Below, in pieces: positions 26,181 through 36,156 of a stretch of 64,000 nucleotides of DNA. Made by a program: the position numbers and the translations under genes. Numbering within the stretch: position 1 is the first letter of the stretch; each line of letters starts with the position of its first letter. The notes under the pieces were generated by a model. That model was not told the DNA's origin and searched no databases. It was given only the letters and a program-made list of their open reading frames with translations. The DNA comes from a virus. The stretch lies in the IMG/VR virus record IMGVR_UViG_3300029951_000013, positions 1 to 64,000 of that record; one strand, written 5' to 3'.

Positions 26181-26657
26181 GTGGCCCGATCACTGACGAC
26201 ACGACACGCACCCTCCGACTGGGTGCACCGGTCCCGCTGCCGGGAGCTGGACCCGAACGAGGCAGACCTCCTGTTCTTCCCTCCCCGGGAGAACGAGGCA
26301 GCGGCCCAGGACGCCCGGGAGACCGTGTGCAGCCTGTGCCCAGTCTTCGATGAGTGCCTCGCCTACGCCCTCGTCCACCGGACCACCGGGGTCTGGGCGG
26401 GTACGACGACTGACGCCAGGACACGCATGCTCAAGACCCGCACACGGGTCAAGTGCGCGGTGTGCCGGGCCCCGGACCCGGTGCCGCTGACCGACACCCG
26501 CAGGGGACGCCAAGTCGCCTGGCAGGTATGCCTGTGCTGCGGGGCGTCCTGGCAGGCCGACCGGCGCACGCTGCCTCCGATGCAGCGGACGCAGGGCAGC
26601 GGGCGGTCCCCCGCTGCTGCCCCGGCTTCTGAGCCGTCTTGGGCGGAGGCCGGGTGA
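26181..26657 (+). CDS. WhiB-family transcription factor with extra C-terminal Zn-ribbon
   Basis: W...RC...FF...VC..CPV...CL.YAL...GVWAGTT...R, then CAVC...CLCC. Confidence 0.85.
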   Translation: MARSLTTRHAPSDWVHRSRCRELDPNEADLLFFPPRENEAAAQDARETVCSLCPVFDECLAYALVHRTTGVWAGTTTDARTRMLKTRTRVKCAVCRAPDPVPLTDTRRGRQVAWQVCLCCGASWQADRRTLPPMQRTQGSGRSPAAAPASEPSWAEAG

Positions 26658-26836
26658 CGGCCGCCCGCAGTGCGGCAGAACTGGTGGCCGAGGCCGCCGA
26701 GTTACACGAACTGCTCGACCGCAAGCGCACCGAACCCGGCCGCTGCCGCTGGAGCGTCCGCCAGTTGGACGCCCTGGCCGGCCGGATCACCGAGGTGGAG
26801 CTTCAGGCACTGGTCCTGGCAGCGACTCCGGCCTGA
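26654..26836 (+). CDS. Small hypothetical protein
   Basis: GGAGG RBS; GTGA coupling. Confidence 0.45.
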   Translation: MTAARSAAELVAEAAELHELLDRKRTEPGRCRWSVRQLDALAGRITEVELQALVLAATPA

Positions 26837-27897
26837 GCCCGCTCCAGCCGCAGTGCCTCGTCCCACACCTCCGCCCACCGCCACGCCTGCTGTTCGATCC
26901 TGAGCCCGTCTACAGCTTGCCGACCCTGGTCGGACAGCTCTAGGCGGGCTCTTTCGTCTGTCCGCAGCAGGTTCAGCTTCTGGTACCAGGTCCGGGGGCG
27001 CTCGGCGAGCAGGCCCGCCCCCAGTGCGTGGATGCGCGAGTACTCGATCCGGGGCGATGCCACCCACGGCACGCCCAGCGCGGACATCTCCAGCGGCTTG
27101 AGCCAGGACTTCGCCCGGTTGAACTTCGTGTCGGCCAGCGGCGCGATGCCGATGCCGATCCGGTTGACCGCCGCCGCCCATTCGTTGATGGACGGCGGAG
27201 CCTCGCCGGTGGGGTCGGCTCCGATGCCGAAGGCCGTGCCGCAGCCGTCCGGGATGCCGGTGACGTGGAACCGGCCGCCGTCGGCCCGGACCCGGGCCAT
27301 CGCCCCTCCCATGACCTGCGGGTCGTCCGGGTGGCTGGGTAGGTACGCGGGCCAGCCGACCAGGTCCGAGTCGGTGTGGGGCTGGCCGAAGTAGTGCTCC
27401 GGCAGGTAGTTGTAGAGGACCCGGCCGCGGCCGTGCCGGGCGTAGACGTCCAGCAGCGCCGGCGTGGAGACGGTCACCAGCGTGGCGTCCCGGCAGGCGT
27501 CCGCCAGGTACGCCCAGGAGTGCCGCCTGCTGTTCCTCGACTGCGGCAGTTTGGCGTACTTCGGGTGCATCGACTCGTAGGCCGGGTTCGCCGGGTTGAT
27601 CGAGGACAGGTCGTCGTCTATGTCCACGACCACGGCGATGCCCTTGGCCCGCAGGATCGGCACCGCCTGGGCCAGCCACGGGTGGGTGACCCGCTGGAGC
27701 ACGACCACGTCCATCTCGCCGGGGTCGACCAGGACGTCCTCGACCCCGTCCCGGTCGTTGACGACCAGCCTGATGTCCCGCTCGTCGGGGGCCAGCACCC
27801 GCACGTCATGGCCCTGCCGGGCCAGCACTCCGGCGGGCCAGATGATCCGGAAGTGGCCGCAGCCGAAAGTGTCCGCGGGGTAGCAGGTGACGCGCAA
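26803..27897 (-). CDS. GT-B fold (GT4-like) glycosyltransferase
   Basis: GCGHFRI.WP, VVLQR, DIDDD, TVST..L, IGIAPLADTKFNRAKS.LK.LE..ALG.P. Confidence 0.85.
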   Translation of the reverse strand: MRVTCYPADTFGCGHFRIIWPAGVLARQGHDVRVLAPDERDIRLVVNDRDGVEDVLVDPGEMDVVVLQRVTHPWLAQAVPILRAKGIAVVVDIDDDLSSINPANPAYESMHPKYAKLPQSRNSRRHSWAYLADACRDATLVTVSTPALLDVYARHGRGRVLYNYLPEHYFGQPHTDSDLVGWPAYLPSHPDDPQVMGGAMARVRADGGRFHVTGIPDGCGTAFGIGADPTGEAPPSINEWAAAVNRIGIGIAPLADTKFNRAKSWLKPLEMSALGVPWVASPRIEYSRIHALGAGLLAERPRTWYQKLNLLRTDERARLELSDQGRQAVDGLRIEQQAWRWAEVWDEALRLERAQAGVAARTSA

Positions 27898-27946
27898 AGC
27901 CGGCTCCTTGGTCAGTGGTCGGTGAGGGGGCGTGCAGTGCCCCGGA

Positions 27947-28270
27947 TCAGTCCGGCGCGGGAGTGTACGGCGCCGGTGCCGGGGGCACGTCCGGGTACGA
28001 CGACGGGTCGTCCAGGAACGCCGTGTAGGCGGCGCTGATCTGCGCGGTGGTGATCGCCCCGCCGTCCACCAGCATCTTCACCAGGACGCAGACCATCCCC
28101 ATGATCAAATTGAGGACGATCCGGTCCTCGGTGCTCTCGACAGCGATGTCCTCGCCCAGGGCCCGCCCGACCGCGACGGCCACCGGCCGCAGGGCGTCCA
28201 CGTACTGGCGTACCGTCAGCGATCCCGTGGCGCCGGAGCTGGCCGCCGACAGGTCCACCGTCCGGCTCAC
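27947..28270 (-). CDS. Hypothetical protein (tail-distal)
   Basis: GTGA coupling to the upstream gene. Confidence 0.55.
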   Translation of the reverse strand: MSRTVDLSAASSGATGSLTVRQYVDALRPVAVAVGRALGEDIAVESTEDRIVLNLIMGMVCVLVKMLVDGGAITTAQISAAYTAFLDDPSSYPDVPPAPAPYTPAPD

Positions 28271-28791
28271 AGGGGTATCACCGTGATCCCCCGATTGGAG
28301 AAGGTGCCGGTGCCGGTGCCGGTGCGGTACACCGCTGTGAAGGTGTTGGAGCCAGGAGTCAGGGCGTTGATCAGGAAGAGGCCGCCGGCCTGCTGCTGGG
28401 AGCTGCCGACCGCCCGGGAGTCGGCACTGCTGATAGAGCTGCTGCCGGTGACCGTGAAACTCATCAGCGCCGCGTTGGCCGAACTGGAGCATGTGCAGTT
28501 GGCCAGGATGTGCACCAGGGCGTTGGCCCCGGTCACCGCGGTGACCGAGGGCCCCGAGGTAGAGCCCAGGTTCGTGTAGGAGCTGGACGTGGTGGTATCG
28601 GACGTCGTCACGATGGCGGATGTCGGGGTCCGGGCAGCCAGGGTGTTCGGCCCGGTGGCGACCAGGATCTGCCCGGTCGCGGTGACCAGCGCCGGACCGG
28701 TCTGGTTCAGGTTGTCTCTGATGTTCGCATTGAACTGGGCGGCGGTGAACACACTGCCCGCCACCGCAGTCATTGGCGAGGTCCAGGCGAT
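28267..28791 (-). CDS. Minor tail protein, probable ATC start
   Basis: (I/M)AWTSPMTAVAG.VFTAAQFN..IRDNL N-terminus; Ser/Thr-rich. Confidence 0.65.
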   Translation of the reverse strand: MAWTSPMTAVAGSVFTAAQFNANIRDNLNQTGPALVTATGQILVATGPNTLAARTPTSAIVTTSDTTTSSSYTNLGSTSGPSVTAVTGANALVHILANCTCSSSANAALMSFTVTGSSSISSADSRAVGSSQQQAGGLFLINALTPGSNTFTAVYRTGTGTGTFSNRGITVIPL

Positions 28792-28824
28792 GAGGACCGC
28801 CCCCTCTCTCTGGCTGTAGGAGGG

Positions 28825-29058
28825 CTACTTGGCCGAGCCGGTCGCCTGCGCCGGGCCCGCGTTCGCCGCAGTGCCGCGCGCCGGCTTCGCGGCGGGTGCC
28901 TTGGCGGCGTCGGGCCGATCGGCGTTGACATCGGCCTCCAGACCGACTATCCGGGCGTCCAAAGCCTCCAGCTTCGCGTCGATCCCGGCAGCGTGCTCCC
29001 CGATCAGCTTGCGGACCCGGTCGTCCACCCACTCTTCGAGCTTCCCCTGTGCGGACAT
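28825..29058 (-). CDS. Small coiled-coil protein
   Basis: AGGAGGAG RBS. Confidence 0.6.
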   Translation of the reverse strand: MSAQGKLEEWVDDRVRKLIGEHAAGIDAKLEALDARIVGLEADVNADRPDAAKAPAAKPARGTAANAGPAQATGSAK

Positions 29059-29116
29059 GCGCTCCTCCTGCGGTCGTTCCCGCCAGGATGCCACGCGGTG
29101 GGAGGCGGGCTGTCCG

Positions 29117-29482
29117 CTAGGCGACGCCGTGCTCCCGGCTCTCCGCGCGCAACTGCTCCAGAGTCTGGCCGTGCTCGATCCGGAAGCCGACCGCTCCCGC
29201 GTGGTCGGCCGGGTACCAGTTCCGGGTGGACGGGATCGGCCGCCGGCCCAGCAGTTCGACCACGGCGTCCATGAAAGGCTGCGGCGGCCATTCGATCCGG
29301 GCCGCCTGTCCGCAGTAGGAGCACAGGAACGCGGGCTTGCGCACGTCGCGGGGGTTGCCGGGCCCCGCCGGGCAGCCGGGGCGTCGCAGGCCGAACAGGT
29401 ATTCGGCGTTGGCGCAGCCCTCGCGCGGGCAGTCTGCCGTCCACTCGCCGCTGTAGAGGTAGGCGCGCGCGGTCTCCGCCAT
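29117..29482 (-). CDS. Zn-binding hypothetical protein
   Basis: W.ADCP..GC.NA...CSYC...RNWYP; TGATG coupling. Confidence 0.65.
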   Translation of the reverse strand: MAETARAYLYSGEWTADCPREGCANAEYLFGLRRPGCPAGPGNPRDVRKPAFLCSYCGQAARIEWPPQPFMDAVVELLGRRPIPSTRNWYPADHAGAVGFRIEHGQTLEQLRAESREHGVA

Positions 29483-32373
29483 CAGGTCCCCAGGAGGTTG
29501 ACGTCGAACTGGCCGTTGGTCGGCGAGTCGAACACGAACACGGTAGCGGCACTGTCACTGGACGGGGGGTCGAAGACACCCGCGTCGAAGCCCGCACCGC
29601 GCTGGTCGAAAGTGAACGGGTTGGTGCTTGCGTACGGTGCGGCCTCGCAGCCGAGGACCACGGCGTGGACCGGGGGCAGTCCGGGCTCGTTCATGCGCTG
29701 AACGGTGTGAGTGATCGTTTCTACAAAGAAGTCGCTGTTCAGGCCCAATTCGTCGTTCTCGATAGAGACCATGTCCGAGATCTGGCGGCCGACCACCTGC
29801 ATGTAGTGGACCGGGTCGCCTGAGACGACGCGCAGTTGGACGGTAGGGCGGCGCTGGGCGTAGTGCAGGAGGATGATCTCGCCGATGGCGTTGGCGTCCT
29901 CGACCCCGGCCCAGGGACACGACCCGGTGTAGTCCTGCTCGCCGTGCTCGGCCATGCTCCCGGTGTCCTGCTGGAGGACGGCCACCGTGGTCACCACGGG
30001 CACCGTGTACGCCTGGAGCTGCATCCCGGTGACGACGATGTCCCCGCCGACGGCCTGGACCATCACCGTCACTGCCGCGCCGGAGGTCTGGCTCAGTGTG
30101 ACACTCGCAGTCCCGGCACCGGTAGAGGTGACCTGGTAGTCGGTCCCGGCTACGGGGATCTGCGCCATCAGGAACGGATCGCTGGTCTGGACGGCCAGCA
30201 GCAGGGAGGTCCCGTTGCTGATGGCGTAGGTCGACGTGGTGGACCAGACCGGGGACAGGGCCTGGGCGACCGCCCGTTGGCCCACGGAGAACGGCACACT
30301 GTTGACGATCTCCAGCCAGCCGTCGTCATAGGTGAACGGCGGTGTGAACGACAGCCCGGTGGGCGCCGGGGAGGCGCAGTCGAAGGCCTCGCCCGCCTGG
30401 AAGTACCCCTGCGGGGTCTGGCACCGGGGGTTGAGCAGCCGGTGGTCGCGGTCCTGGAAGGTGAAGGTCCCGTCGGGGGCGATGAAGGCGATCGACGGCG
30501 GTCCCTCCGATGCCACCAGGTCGTTGATGGCGCTGCCCGCAGCGGACGAGGCCGTGCCGTCCAGCCACCACCAGGGCATCACGGTCGCCCCCGGGTCGAC
30601 GTTCCGGGGCCCGGTCCAGCCGACCGCGTCCAGGATGTGGTTGACCGCGTCCCCGGTCCGGATGCCGGAGTACAGCGGAGTTATGATCTTGGTGGCCTGG
30701 AACAGGCCCTCGTCGTCCAGCAGGGTGAAGGCCACTGTGCGGTTGCTCTTGTCGGCGGTGACCGTGTAACCGTTGATCTGTCCGTGGAACAGCGGGTAGG
30801 CGGTGCCGGCGAACGTGACGAACCCCGCGGTGGGCCTGGCCGAGTCCAGTGTCCCCGCCAGCGGGGAGGACGACCAGCTCGGGGAGTAGGTGCGGTGGCT
30901 GTTGTTCAGCGTGTAGCTGGCGCTGCCGAGCTGCGCCGGGGTGGTCTGCCGCTGCTGGTCCCTGCCGTAGGTGAACGTGATGCCCGGATCGAGCAGGTCA
31001 GGCAGGATGTCGTTGCCCGGCTCGATCCGCAGGCCCGTCGCGGGCAGGGTCGGGTCCAGCAGCATCAGGCCCCACACGTAGTAGGCAGCCGAGGAAGCGG
31101 GTGTGCCGCTGTGCCGGGCCCTGGCGACCCCGGAGGAGGCCCCGGCCGGAGCCGTGAAGGCCTGGACCGACCGGGTCCAGGCCCCGGTTCCGACAGGGTT
31201 GGCAGACCCGGTGCTGGTGCTGATGAATGCCCCGGTGCTGGTGTACCAGTCGATGCAGGCCTGGATGTCGGTCCAGCCCGGAGGCGAGTAGACCCAGCAG
31301 TCCGCGGCGTAGCTGTTCCCGGGGACGACGGAGCCGGCGGGCGTGGGGGCCAGGTTGACCCCTCCGGTTGCCGAGGTTCCGTTGGGGGTTACCAGAGCGC
31401 AGGGCACCGCGGGTGAGAACGGCACGGTGTGCGCGGCCGAGGTGCGCCGCATCCACTGGAGGGTGCAGTTCGAGGGGTTCCAGCCGGACAGCCCGTAGAC
31501 CGGGTACGGGTTGGTGCTCAGGACAGCGCCGATGAAGTCGAAGCCGTTCAGGGACCAGTCGGTGGCCCAGGAGTACTGCGGATAGCCCTGGGTGGTGCAG
31601 ACGGTCGACCAGGGCTGCGCGACTGCGATCACAGCGGCAGCCGGGACAGTGCCGGAGGCGGAGGCGGTCTGCGCGAAGGCGGTGGTCTCTCCGGCGGAGG
31701 ATCCGGGCACGATGCTGACGGCCAGCATGACGTCGCCCATAGACGTCCCGTTGTGGACTGCCGTGGTCTGCCGCTGGGTCTGCACTCCAGCAGAGAGGGA
31801 GCCGCTGTCCGCCAGGAAGTAGGACAGCTCGTTCGCCTGGCTGGAGTTGATGCGGACCGTGTCCGCCGGGGAGACCGAGCAGGTGGTCCCGGGCCCGTTG
31901 CGGAACCGCAGGGTGAGCACCCACTCACCGGCCTGGGAGGTGGTCAGCTGCGGATGCGCCTGCGCATCGGCCCCGCCGGCCGTGACGGTGTAGGCCCGGT
32001 AGTTGTCGATGGGGCCGCTGGCGCTGACCCCTGAGTACGCCCAGATGAACGCCGCTACCGTGGGGTCTCCCTTCGGCCAGGAGTCCTCGGCGTCCAGGTA
32101 GATGAACTGCTCTACGCCTTCGGTGCCGTCGGCGATCCGGTAGTAGACCGCCGCCATGGCGGGGGCCAGGGAGCCGCCGGAGGTGCCGGAGCGCCAGCGG
32201 CCCAGGAACGTCCAGCCGAAGGGCGGGCGCTCGTTGGCGTTGCAGTCGAACTGCAACGCCATCAGGAGCAGGTTGCCCGCGACGAAAGTCGGCGGAGTGG
32301 GTACGGACAGCGCTCCGGAGACCGGGGCGTACGCGGTGGCCACCGCGCCGATGGACTGGAAGGCGACGGCCAC
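29482..32373 (-). CDS. Large minor tail protein with carbohydrate-binding-like module
   Basis: Follows the tape measure gene; beta-rich; CBM-like central segment. Confidence 0.75.
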   Translation of the reverse strand: MAVAFQSIGAVATAYAPVSGALSVPTPPTFVAGNLLLMALQFDCNANERPPFGWTFLGRWRSGTSGGSLAPAMAAVYYRIADGTEGVEQFIYLDAEDSWPKGDPTVAAFIWAYSGVSASGPIDNYRAYTVTAGGADAQAHPQLTTSQAGEWVLTLRFRNGPGTTCSVSPADTVRINSSQANELSYFLADSGSLSAGVQTQRQTTAVHNGTSMGDVMLAVSIVPGSSAGETTAFAQTASASGTVPAAAVIAVAQPWSTVCTTQGYPQYSWATDWSLNGFDFIGAVLSTNPYPVYGLSGWNPSNCTLQWMRRTSAAHTVPFSPAVPCALVTPNGTSATGGVNLAPTPAGSVVPGNSYAADCWVYSPPGWTDIQACIDWYTSTGAFISTSTGSANPVGTGAWTRSVQAFTAPAGASSGVARARHSGTPASSAAYYVWGLMLLDPTLPATGLRIEPGNDILPDLLDPGITFTYGRDQQRQTTPAQLGSASYTLNNSHRTYSPSWSSSPLAGTLDSARPTAGFVTFAGTAYPLFHGQINGYTVTADKSNRTVAFTLLDDEGLFQATKIITPLYSGIRTGDAVNHILDAVGWTGPRNVDPGATVMPWWWLDGTASSAAGSAINDLVASEGPPSIAFIAPDGTFTFQDRDHRLLNPRCQTPQGYFQAGEAFDCASPAPTGLSFTPPFTYDDGWLEIVNSVPFSVGQRAVAQALSPVWSTTSTYAISNGTSLLLAVQTSDPFLMAQIPVAGTDYQVTSTGAGTASVTLSQTSGAAVTVMVQAVGGDIVVTGMQLQAYTVPVVTTVAVLQQDTGSMAEHGEQDYTGSCPWAGVEDANAIGEIILLHYAQRRPTVQLRVVSGDPVHYMQVVGRQISDMVSIENDELGLNSDFFVETITHTVQRMNEPGLPPVHAVVLGCEAAPYASTNPFTFDQRGAGFDAGVFDPPSSDSAATVFVFDSPTNGQFDVNLLGT

Positions 32374-32376
32374 GGG

Positions 32377-35300
32377 TCACGGCCCCGTCAGGGACCGCAG
32401 GCGGCCCTTTTGCTTGGCGGCCTGGAGTGCGCTGATCATCCAGTTCTCCAGCTCCTGCTGGCTGCCGATGGGCCCGTGGAAGTGGAAGTTGTAGGTGTCT
32501 CCGCCGCCCGCCGACTCGCCGGGGCCGACGACCCGCTCCGGCTTGCCGGTGCCGTTGTGGGCCACCGTCGTGCCGGGCATGAGCCAGCCGCCCTTGTCGT
32601 ACCAGTTGTCGGCGACCTCGTGGGACCAGGCCGCCGCCGGACTGCCGTACCGCTGGGCGATGTAGTCCTCGCCCCAGGCGACCTGGGCCTTGTAGTCTCC
32701 GAGTGCGTACGGGTGGCCGTGGCCGAGCGCCTGGGGGATTCCGTAGGCTCCTGAGCTGGCGTTCACCGCATTGGGGTTCCACCCGCTCTCCTGGTTCCAG
32801 AGCTTGATCAGCGGGCCCATCTGGTTGGACCCCCAGCCGTGGCCGGCCAGCAGGCTCTGTGCGAACTGCTGGATGGGGCCCACGGCGGTCCCGGAGAAGC
32901 CTCCGGAGTTGGTCGTCATCGCCGCGTACAGCGAGGACGCACTGGTCTGCGCGAGCTGGGAGACGGCCGACAGGACGGCTGCGCTGATCTGGGTGGCCGT
33001 GGGGCGTGCCACACGGACGTCGAAGCCGCCGACCGGGCCGCCGGCGGCGAAGGCGGGCAGTGTCCCGGCCACGGCCGCGCCGCGCATGTTCGCCACGGCT
33101 CCGTGGCCGCCCGCCGACTGCACCTCGGCAGCCGTCCACATGTGCTCTCCGTTGGAGCCCAGCATCACCACGCTGTCCGAGGTGGCCGTACCGGGGCCGC
33201 GCACGGGGCCGCCGCCGGCCAGCCCGGGCAGGCCCTTCTTGCCGGTGTTCGCCGCGGCGGCGAAGTCCACCGACGCGGTGAAGGTCTTGTTCCGGATCCC
33301 GCCCATGGAGGCGTTCACATCGTTCTTGAACGAGTTGATCGCCGCCGCCGCCGTCTTCAGCTTCCCGCCCAGGCCGGGCACCCAGCCGAAGGCGTCTGCG
33401 GCCCCCTTGACGATGACCTCGGCCACCTCCAGCCACAGGTCGATGATGAAGTTGAAGTACGGCTCCAGGACTTTCGACCACATGAACTTGGCGGCGGTCT
33501 CAATTCCTGAGAAGGTATCCTCGACTATCGAGCGGAAGGTCTGGCTGTGCTCCCAGGCCTCGTAGAAGCCGACCCCCAGGGCGACCAGTGCGATGACCAC
33601 AAGTCCGATGGGGTTGGCGTCCAGGACTACGTCCAGTGCGCCCTGCGCGATCGACAGCGCCCCGGTAGCGATAGTGGCGACTCCCTGGGCCCCTGCGAGG
33701 ACAAGCGTCTTTGCAGCAGCCAGAGCCGTTCCGTCAGCCAGGGCGGTCATCGCTCCGGCGAGGCCCTCCCAGATAGCGATCCCGATAAGGCGGACCCGGA
33801 GCACCAGCAGGCTGTCGTTGAACAGGTACGTCTTAACCGCGGCCAGGGCAGTCCCGTCGGCCACGGCGGTCACGGCCCCGGCGATGCCGTCCCACACGGC
33901 CATCGTGATCAGCCGGCCGCGCAGGACGAGCAGGCTGTCATCGAAGAGGTACGTCTTCACGGCGGCCAGAGCGGTGCCGTCGGCCAGGTTGGTGACCGCG
34001 GTGGTGATCCCGTCCCACACGGATACCGCGATCAGCCTGCCGCGCAGAACGACCATGGAGTTGCCCAGGTTGAACACCGCGGTGGAGATGCCGTCCCAGA
34101 CGGCCATGCCGATCAGCCGGCCGCGCAGGACGAGCATCGTGTTGCCCAGATTGGTGACCGCAGTGGTGATCCCGTCCCACACTGCGATGGCGATGAGCTT
34201 GCCGCGCAGCACGAACATGCTGTCGCCTACGCCGCCGACCACACCGGCGAGGTACGTCCATGCGGCAGAGACGGTCCCGCGCAGTTTCGTCGCTCCGGAG
34301 GACAGGCTGTCACTGATGATCAGCCATCGGAGGTACATCGTGTCCATCACGCCCTGGACCGCGGCTACCCCGCCCTGGATCCCGGACCAGATGAGGGCGG
34401 ACTGCTGGAACGGGAACTTGACGATGCTGACAGCCAGACTGGTGATCGCCATGATTGGCTTGATCACCGCGAGAGCGGTCAGCCGGACTTCCAGCGGGAT
34501 GAGGGCCAGTTCGACAAAGTTGTCGATTGCACCCTTGTTGGTGTCGATGAACTGCGACAGGTGCACCAGGGCCGGTCCGAGTGTGTTCGCCAGGATCCCG
34601 GCGATGCTCTCGATGGCCTGGAACCCGGTGCCTCCCAGGTAGAGCAGCACGGGGGTGGCGGCGACCGACAGGTTGGTGAATGCGGTGCCTACGTCCTGGG
34701 CTGCGGTCGCGAAGTCCAGGAGGATCTTCTGGGTCTGGGAGCCGAAGGACTTCCCCAGCTGATCCGCTATGGACGTACTGGTCAGCGGCATCCCGGACAG
34801 GCCCCCGGCCAGCGGCAGTCCGACCGGGGCCTTGGCCGAGGACAGGTCCGTGTTGGTGGGGGCCTTCGGTGCCAGGTTCGAGCTGAAGGTCCCGAACAGG
34901 GTGTTGGGGTCGACCAGGGCGGCTGCCTTCGCCTTGGTCTGCGTCAGGCTGCCGATGAAGCCGTTCAGGAACCCCTCAGCGACGTGCGTGTCCTGCTCCA
35001 GCTGACTGACCGGGATCAGGTTGCTCAGGTCCGAGGTGAAACGGGCCAGCAGGGGGAGGCCGGACTCGTTGACGAACGAGAAGAACTGGGTGGTGACCGG
35101 GATCAGCTTCTCGCCGATCGAGATGGCCGCCGACTGGACGTTGCTCTCGAAGATCTTGATCTGCGCCGACATGGTCGCCTGCTGCGCGGCCTCGGCGGCA
35201 GCCAGGTTGCCCGACGTTGACTGGATCTGCACCAGTTTCTTCTGGAGGGTCGAGTAGTTGTTGACCATCGTCAGGATGGCCGAACTCGACCGACCGCCGC

Positions 35301-36156
35301 CGAACGCCTTGCTCAGCAGGATGGCCTGCTGGGACAGCGACAGGCCCGACTTGTCCAGGGCCGTCTTCAGCAGGCCGATGGTGCCGACCAGGCCCGCCGG
35401 GGAGCGCATCTCGTTGGCCAGCTGGAGGCCCGTCAGGCCGATCGTGGCCAGCTGCTTGGACGCGACGGAGGACGGGGCCGCCAGCAGGGACAGGCTCATC
35501 TTGAGCCTGGTGGCCGCGTCGGTGGCCGGGACGCCCTCGTCCGTCATCAGCGCGAGGGACGCGCCGATCTGGGACAGGCTCACGCCGAACGTCTTGGCGG
35601 CGGGCAGGATCCCGGTGCCGATGGCGGAGACGAAATCCGTCATCTTCATGTTGCCCGCGCCGATGATGGCGTTGACAGTCCCGGCAGCCATGGCGAAGGT
35701 CTGCGCCCCGGCGATGCCCGAACGCCAGGCCCCGGCCAGTGCGTTGGTCGTGGCCTCCAGGTTGCTGCCGCCGACCGCCGCCAGGTCGGACGCCTGCTTC
35801 AGGTCGACCATCGCCTGGGTGTTGTCCAGGCCCACGGACTTGAGGTGGTACAGCGCCTCGGCGAGCTGGTCGGGCCCCTGCTGGACGTCCTTCATGCCGA
35901 GCACAGCGGTGGTCAGCGTCTTGACGTCCTTGGCGGACCCGCCTGCCTGGGTCTGGATCGTCTTCATGACGTTGTTGAAGGTGTTCGCCATCACCACGGT
36001 GGTGGCCGCCGCGGCGCCGAGCGCCAGGACACCGACGGCCGCCCCGGCGGCGACTTTGCCGAACCCGCCCAGGGACTCCTCCGCGGCGGCGGTGTCGGCC
36101 GTCATGGTGATGTACCCCATGCCGAGCAGCGTGCCGCGCCCGATGCTAAGCGCCAC
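32377..36156 (-). CDS. Tape measure protein with C-terminal lytic transglycosylase-like domain
   Basis: 1259 aa, Ala/Gly-rich, periodic Trp repeats; QESGWNPNAVN.SSGAYGIPQAL...YI..RYG. Confidence 0.92.
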   Translation of the reverse strand: MALSIGRGTLLGMGYITMTADTAAAEESLGGFGKVAAGAAVGVLALGAAAATTVVMANTFNNVMKTIQTQAGGSAKDVKTLTTAVLGMKDVQQGPDQLAEALYHLKSVGLDNTQAMVDLKQASDLAAVGGSNLEATTNALAGAWRSGIAGAQTFAMAAGTVNAIIGAGNMKMTDFVSAIGTGILPAAKTFGVSLSQIGASLALMTDEGVPATDAATRLKMSLSLLAAPSSVASKQLATIGLTGLQLANEMRSPAGLVGTIGLLKTALDKSGLSLSQQAILLSKAFGGGRSSSAILTMVNNYSTLQKKLVQIQSTSGNLAAAEAAQQATMSAQIKIFESNVQSAAISIGEKLIPVTTQFFSFVNESGLPLLARFTSDLSNLIPVSQLEQDTHVAEGFLNGFIGSLTQTKAKAAALVDPNTLFGTFSSNLAPKAPTNTDLSSAKAPVGLPLAGGLSGMPLTSTSIADQLGKSFGSQTQKILLDFATAAQDVGTAFTNLSVAATPVLLYLGGTGFQAIESIAGILANTLGPALVHLSQFIDTNKGAIDNFVELALIPLEVRLTALAVIKPIMAITSLAVSIVKFPFQQSALIWSGIQGGVAAVQGVMDTMYLRWLIISDSLSSGATKLRGTVSAAWTYLAGVVGGVGDSMFVLRGKLIAIAVWDGITTAVTNLGNTMLVLRGRLIGMAVWDGISTAVFNLGNSMVVLRGRLIAVSVWDGITTAVTNLADGTALAAVKTYLFDDSLLVLRGRLITMAVWDGIAGAVTAVADGTALAAVKTYLFNDSLLVLRVRLIGIAIWEGLAGAMTALADGTALAAAKTLVLAGAQGVATIATGALSIAQGALDVVLDANPIGLVVIALVALGVGFYEAWEHSQTFRSIVEDTFSGIETAAKFMWSKVLEPYFNFIIDLWLEVAEVIVKGAADAFGWVPGLGGKLKTAAAAINSFKNDVNASMGGIRNKTFTASVDFAAAANTGKKGLPGLAGGGPVRGPGTATSDSVVMLGSNGEHMWTAAEVQSAGGHGAVANMRGAAVAGTLPAFAAGGPVGGFDVRVARPTATQISAAVLSAVSQLAQTSASSLYAAMTTNSGGFSGTAVGPIQQFAQSLLAGHGWGSNQMGPLIKLWNQESGWNPNAVNASSGAYGIPQALGHGHPYALGDYKAQVAWGEDYIAQRYGSPAAAWSHEVADNWYDKGGWLMPGTTVAHNGTGKPERVVGPGESAGGGDTYNFHFHGPIGSQQELENWMISALQAAKQKGRLRSLTGP

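Noticed and set aside
33700-34260. LRGRLI..AVWDGI..AVT repeats in the tape measure gene
   Set aside because: Periodic repeats are normal for tape measure proteins
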